DNA of 64,000 bases from contig NC_135258.1 in NCBI RefSeq assembly GCF_964204865.1, positions 5,394,001 through 5,458,000 of the forward strand, given 5' to 3'. The DNA comes from Styela clava (lineage: Eukaryota). A program made the translations under genes and the position numbers. Every line of letters starts with the position of its first letter. Within the stretch, counting starts at the first letter, position 1. Below are positions 60,301 through 64,000 of this stretch, one piece after another. The notes beneath the pieces are model-generated. The model was not told the origin of the DNA. It did no database searches and was given only the letters and a program-made list of their open reading frames with translations.

Positions 60301-63012
60301 GATTCGAATCGAATATTTTCGCCAAATCGAACCGAATATTATTGCGCAATCCTAAATCTGTCTATATTATACAATAAATGCCTGCCCTTCGATGTTGTGG
60401 TAACGTATGTGCAGTTACATCTGACTTACTTTCAGTTTTATGGAAGAAGATCACACGCTTGTATGAACTGGTCAAAAAAATTGGAGAACTCCAAAATTTG
60501 GGTTTCGAAAACTGTTGAGTGTTATGAGTAAGAATTGCACAATTCAAAAATTGCAATCTCAACTCTAATGGATTCCGTTTCAACAGGACATGTAAAGCCT
60601 GTAGAAAGAGAGTAGTCTGAGCTCGAAGCGCCGCCACTTGCTTTAGCGATTCGAAAATTAGCCGAAAAACGATTCGAATAATTTGTGATTCGACTCGATT
60701 TCGAATATTTGGTTCGCTTAGACAGCCCTACGCGTGACTGGAAAGTAAATATCCAAAATGAGGAAAAGTAAATATCCAAAATAAGGTGGGCAAGATCATA
60801 ACAATTCATGCAAATGAAATTGCATTGAAATCGAAATCTTGCACCTAGTATTGTGCCCCACACCGACTGCTCTGTGGCCCACTTGGGCCAGATTAGTAAG
60901 ACTCTGGTCGTCCTTTATTTATCAGTGACTGTTTATGTGAAGCATTGTTCAGGGTATTTTTTCCTACCCGCTGCTCAATCATGGTTTTCACTGTCAACAA
61001 GGCACACTGTGAAGAGCTCCTCATAAATTGTTTGGCAATTATTACAAATTAATCAGAGCCAAGGACGTTAATAATAGTCTATTACGGAATTACTCAGACT
61101 CACTCCATCAGAAAACTGATTGGAATTAATGATATTTAGGTTAAATAATGTGACACTATCTATGTGTGTTAGGTACTCCCGAAGTATGTGAACCAAGATG
61201 GCGGACACCGGAACGTAGTTTGTGTACTGGGTTAGGGTTAGGCCATAATTTTATTCAAATTTTCCTTCTTTTAGTTCTGTTATGAGTTCAGAGACTAGCC
61301 AAGTGACTCCCGTAGTATTTGTACCTGAAATTATGGTCTAACCCTAACCTGGTACACATACTACGTTCCGGTGTCTGCCATTCTGGTTCACATACTTTGG
61401 GAGTACCGTGAACTTTATAGGGGTTCAAGACCACCACCCCACTCAGTCTGTGAAAAATTACGTCGGCAATATATCTATGTGTTCAGCAGTGTTCACTCTA
61501 AAAAAATCATGAGTGCATGGGTGCCTCGTCTCATTTTAGTGTACACTGGAACTCACTGTAAAAACATCATACCTGTGCCATATCTCCTCTGAAGGGTCTT
61601 CATTCGGTCCCCAATGTTCAACAATTCTTCGGCAGTAATAACATTTAACTTGATCGTCGGAACCAGTGTAAACAAAGCCAGCTTTCGCTAAAACATCAGG
61701 CAAAATGGGACAATCCGTTGGATAACTCGTAAATGTCTGTCTTCTATTGCTCTGGATGTTGTATGAACCTTTGATACAGTGATAAAGTAATGTGTATTTA
61801 AATTAAATTTATATGGGTAGAGAAGAATAAAATAGAATAAGAAAGAATAAAAAGAAGTATAATATTATTATTATGTTCCCAGGTTGCATTACTACTAAGA
61901 ATTGATTTTTCCAAAATCATTCTACTGTAGTAGTTCCCTTGTTGGAATGAATTAAATCCGTATTTTTATCCATTTTTTTTTATCATTGAAACGTTTTTTT
62001 GCAAATTGAAAAATATGATAAACTCTCTGCAAGACTTGGACAGCACAATAATGTATATTCCAAAAAAATGAACTACCATAGTAGCTCCCTTATGTTAGAA
62101 TAAATTAAATCAGGCCTCATATACAATTGTTTTATCATCGAAACGTTTTTGCAAATCCAAAATTATGATGAGTCAGCAGATTGCCATCCCTGACCTACAC
62201 AATCAGTTCTTACCAGACAAGAAGCTGTCGTCGGTAAAAGAATCATTTATCCGAGTGATTCTGTTCCGGGTTGTTGTTTGATTTTCTGGTCTACACCCCC
62301 TGAAAGACAATTTTAAAATGCAGCAGTTTCACAAAATAATAAGTGCATTTAAATTCAATTATTAGAACATGCTCTATGTCGTGTATCCCATAGTTGGGAC
62401 TCCTCTTGGATTGAACCCCTATTTTAAATACTCCAGTGCAAACGGTGCAGCTTTCCCATCATTAGTGCAACTTCAATTAATTTCTGGTGAAATACAAGTT
62501 GTGATAGGTGTAGAAATGATTGTTTGTTATTGGTAAAATATTTTTGCAAACATAAACATATTCAAAACACATAAAAATGCATTTGCCTGTTCACCAATAT
62601 TACACATGCAAACATATGAAAACACTGCTATAAAAATTCATAATACCTTTGTCCTTCTTGCAGAAACGGCAGATTCCACTCGGTAGGTTGACCAATGCAA
62701 TCTCTACTCCACCCTCCACACCCTCTTTTTGCCGTTTGTACATTTTCATTCCCACCTGTGAGAATAAGTAATATAAGTATGAGTAAAATGTTTATTTCGA
62801 CTCCATAATCAGCATAACAATAAAATGATTGATATATTTTTAAGACGTTGCAAATTGGTAATAACCACCTCCTCTCATCTGATCATCAGATTTCATCCTT
62901 TTCCCTCCCCCAGCAAAACTCAATTTATTTTCTTCTTCAAAATCTCCATTTCCCATGAAGTTTGGTTCAGACTGGTTCATTTCACAGGCCTTTCCACGGT
63001 CAATAAGCGTAC
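51377..63012 (-). CDS. Multi-exon BIR-domain (IAP-like) gene; 5' and 3' ends uncertain
   Basis: Phase-consistent GT-AG exons on the minus strand: 63012-62869, 62755-62647, 62299-62214, 61768-61573 (BIR), 60099-59993, 59444-59400, 58467-58309, 55431-55378, 54566-54453, 53515-53427, and less securely 52404-52297 and 51424-51377. A possible upstream exon lies at 63593-63530. The reading frame stays open across the joins. Confidence 0.75.
51645..52165. mobile_element. hAT (Charlie-like) non-autonomous element with a nested GG-terminal MITE (51823-52007)
   Basis: CAGAGCTACCCAAACT...AGTTTGGGTGGCCCTG TIRs with TSD ATCTAAAT/ATCTAGAT. Confidence 0.75.
52441..52830. mobile_element. Two SINE copies in inverted, tail-to-tail orientation
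   Basis: Forward 5' part at 52441-52605 and reverse copy at about 52620-52830. Confidence 0.75.
53781..54016. mobile_element. GG-terminal palindromic MITE (Merlin-like)
   Basis: GGTAC...GTACC long imperfect TIRs with a perfect 8-bp TSD AATACCAA. Confidence 0.88.
55784..58247. mobile_element. 2.46-kb non-autonomous hAT element in an IAP intron, containing a SINE
   Basis: TIRs CAGGGGCGGACAC / GTGTTCGCCCCTG with a perfect 8-bp TSD GCTGGCTT. No transposase ORF. Confidence 0.85.
56777..57115 (+). mobile_element. Full-length tRNA-derived SINE (best-preserved copy)
   Basis: Pol III A box TGGCTCAATGGG (56788) and B box GGTTCGAATCC (56857), a conserved body and an (ATCCT)n tail. More than 10 related copies or fragments occur in the window. 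Confidence 0.88.
60272..60730. mobile_element. hAT (Ac-like, TAGGG termini) non-autonomous element
   Basis: TAGGGCTGTC...GACAGCCCTA with a perfect 8-bp TSD CGCGTGAC and subterminal TCGAAT repeats. Confidence 0.9.
61172..61407. mobile_element. GG-terminal palindromic MITE (Merlin-like)
   Basis: Imperfect TIRs of about 80 bp, GGTACTCCCGAAGTATGTGAACCA... / ...TGGTTCACATACTTTGGGAGTACC, containing GGTTAGGGTTAG. Confidence 0.8.
61573..61768 (-). CDS. BIR-domain exon of the IAP-like gene
   Basis: Translates SYNIQSNRRQTFTSYPTDCPILPDVLAKAGFVYTGSDDQVKCYYCRRIVEHWGPNEDPSEEIWH, showing the R..TF..P, LA.AGF.Y.G..D.V.C..C and W...DP BIR signature. Confidence 0.9.
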
Positions 63013-64000
63013 CTGTTAATAGGTTATTAGTTAGTTAGCAACAAAATGAACAGAAATTTGTACTTGAAGTCAAGATTCGAACTTGAGTCCGATAACCGCC
63101 ATAATAAATATGCATTTTATACCAGTATAATTTGGGTACTCCTGTAGTATGTTTACTAGGTTAGGGTTAGGCCCTAATTTAATTCCTATTTTGCTTATCT
63201 TAGAAGCATTACGAATTCGGGGACTGTTTGTGTTAGCCAAGTGAAAATACCCCCTTGCTCTTATGTTCCAGTTCTATTACACAACTTTGAGTATGAGTGC
63301 TATGAGTATGAGGTATGAGTGCTAGAAATCTCCGGAAGGGGTCCATGAGACATGAAAGGTTGAGAATCACTGCCCTAAGGGATTAAAAAATAAGCAGCGT
63401 AATAAGGAGTGTGATTTCAAGGGTGTGCCATATACTTTGCATCAACAGGTGAGCGTTTACATAACAATTGAGCTTGAAGTCTCGTAAACAAATGAATCAA
63501 TAATAACGGTTTGTTATTTAACGACATACTTGAAGAACTCATTGATTTGGGAACACATTGATTTGGGAAACTCGACGAAGAAATATCAGAAATCTGAAAA
63601 ATAATATATTCAATCAGATTAATATTTTAATTATGAAATCAATTATGAATTAAAACAGTAGCTTCAACTGCAAAGCTTTATTATTCCAACTTTAGCTCTG
63701 GCTCCATAACCATAACGATTTTTTGGTATGACCACCACCACTATTAGCGCACTTTTTTGCGAAAATTGGGAAGCACTTTCGCAACTTTTTTTAGGGACTG
63801 CGAAATAGCACTTTTTTCCGATTTTGAAGAGAAATAGCACTTTTTTCCGATTTTGAATGGAATAAAAATTCAAAGTTGACTAATATTTTTGTATGAGTAT
63901 TAAATTGCCAAATAAGTAACATACTAGTACTTTTGTAACTCAATTCTGCATATCATAACGATATTTACCGGAATTCTAACCTATGAGATGCAGACATAGG

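Noticed and set aside
1-64000. CRISPR array, prokaryotic operon or autonomous transposase/RT gene
   Set aside because: No repeat-spacer array was seen, and no long ORF with DDE, RT, Rep/Hel or recombinase motifs was found.

Overview
AT-rich, compact animal genomic DNA; it is not prokaryotic and has no CRISPR array, rRNA or true tRNA. The gene style (uninterrupted coding regions, most with a splice acceptor just before the ATG, plus dense MITEs and one tRNA-derived SINE family) suggests an ascidian such as Styela, but this is inference only. On the + strand: a 103-aa single-TM ORF (6655-6966) overlapping the start of an intronless NOP2 (6950-9232), an intronless KLHDC1/2-like kelch gene (10378-11622), and a tandem array of five intronless 10-finger C2H2 genes (15932-37287, unit about 4.45 kb). 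On the - strand: an intronless CSTPP1/C11orf49 (40592-41377) and a multi-exon BIR/IAP-like gene (about 51.4-63.0 kb) that the ORF track misses and that I reconstructed by hand from GT-AG exons in consistent phase. The best candidate for a novel system is an apparently bicistronic small-protein/NOP2 locus built for leaky scanning: weak first AUG, no AUG in any frame for 292 nt, strong NOP2 AUG, 17-nt overlap, and an upstream product resembling COA3/CCDC56. Second is a young, KRAB-less zinc-finger array diverging at base-contacting residues, with unrecognised conserved flanking modules. All coordinates and alignments were made by eye and no database searches were run.
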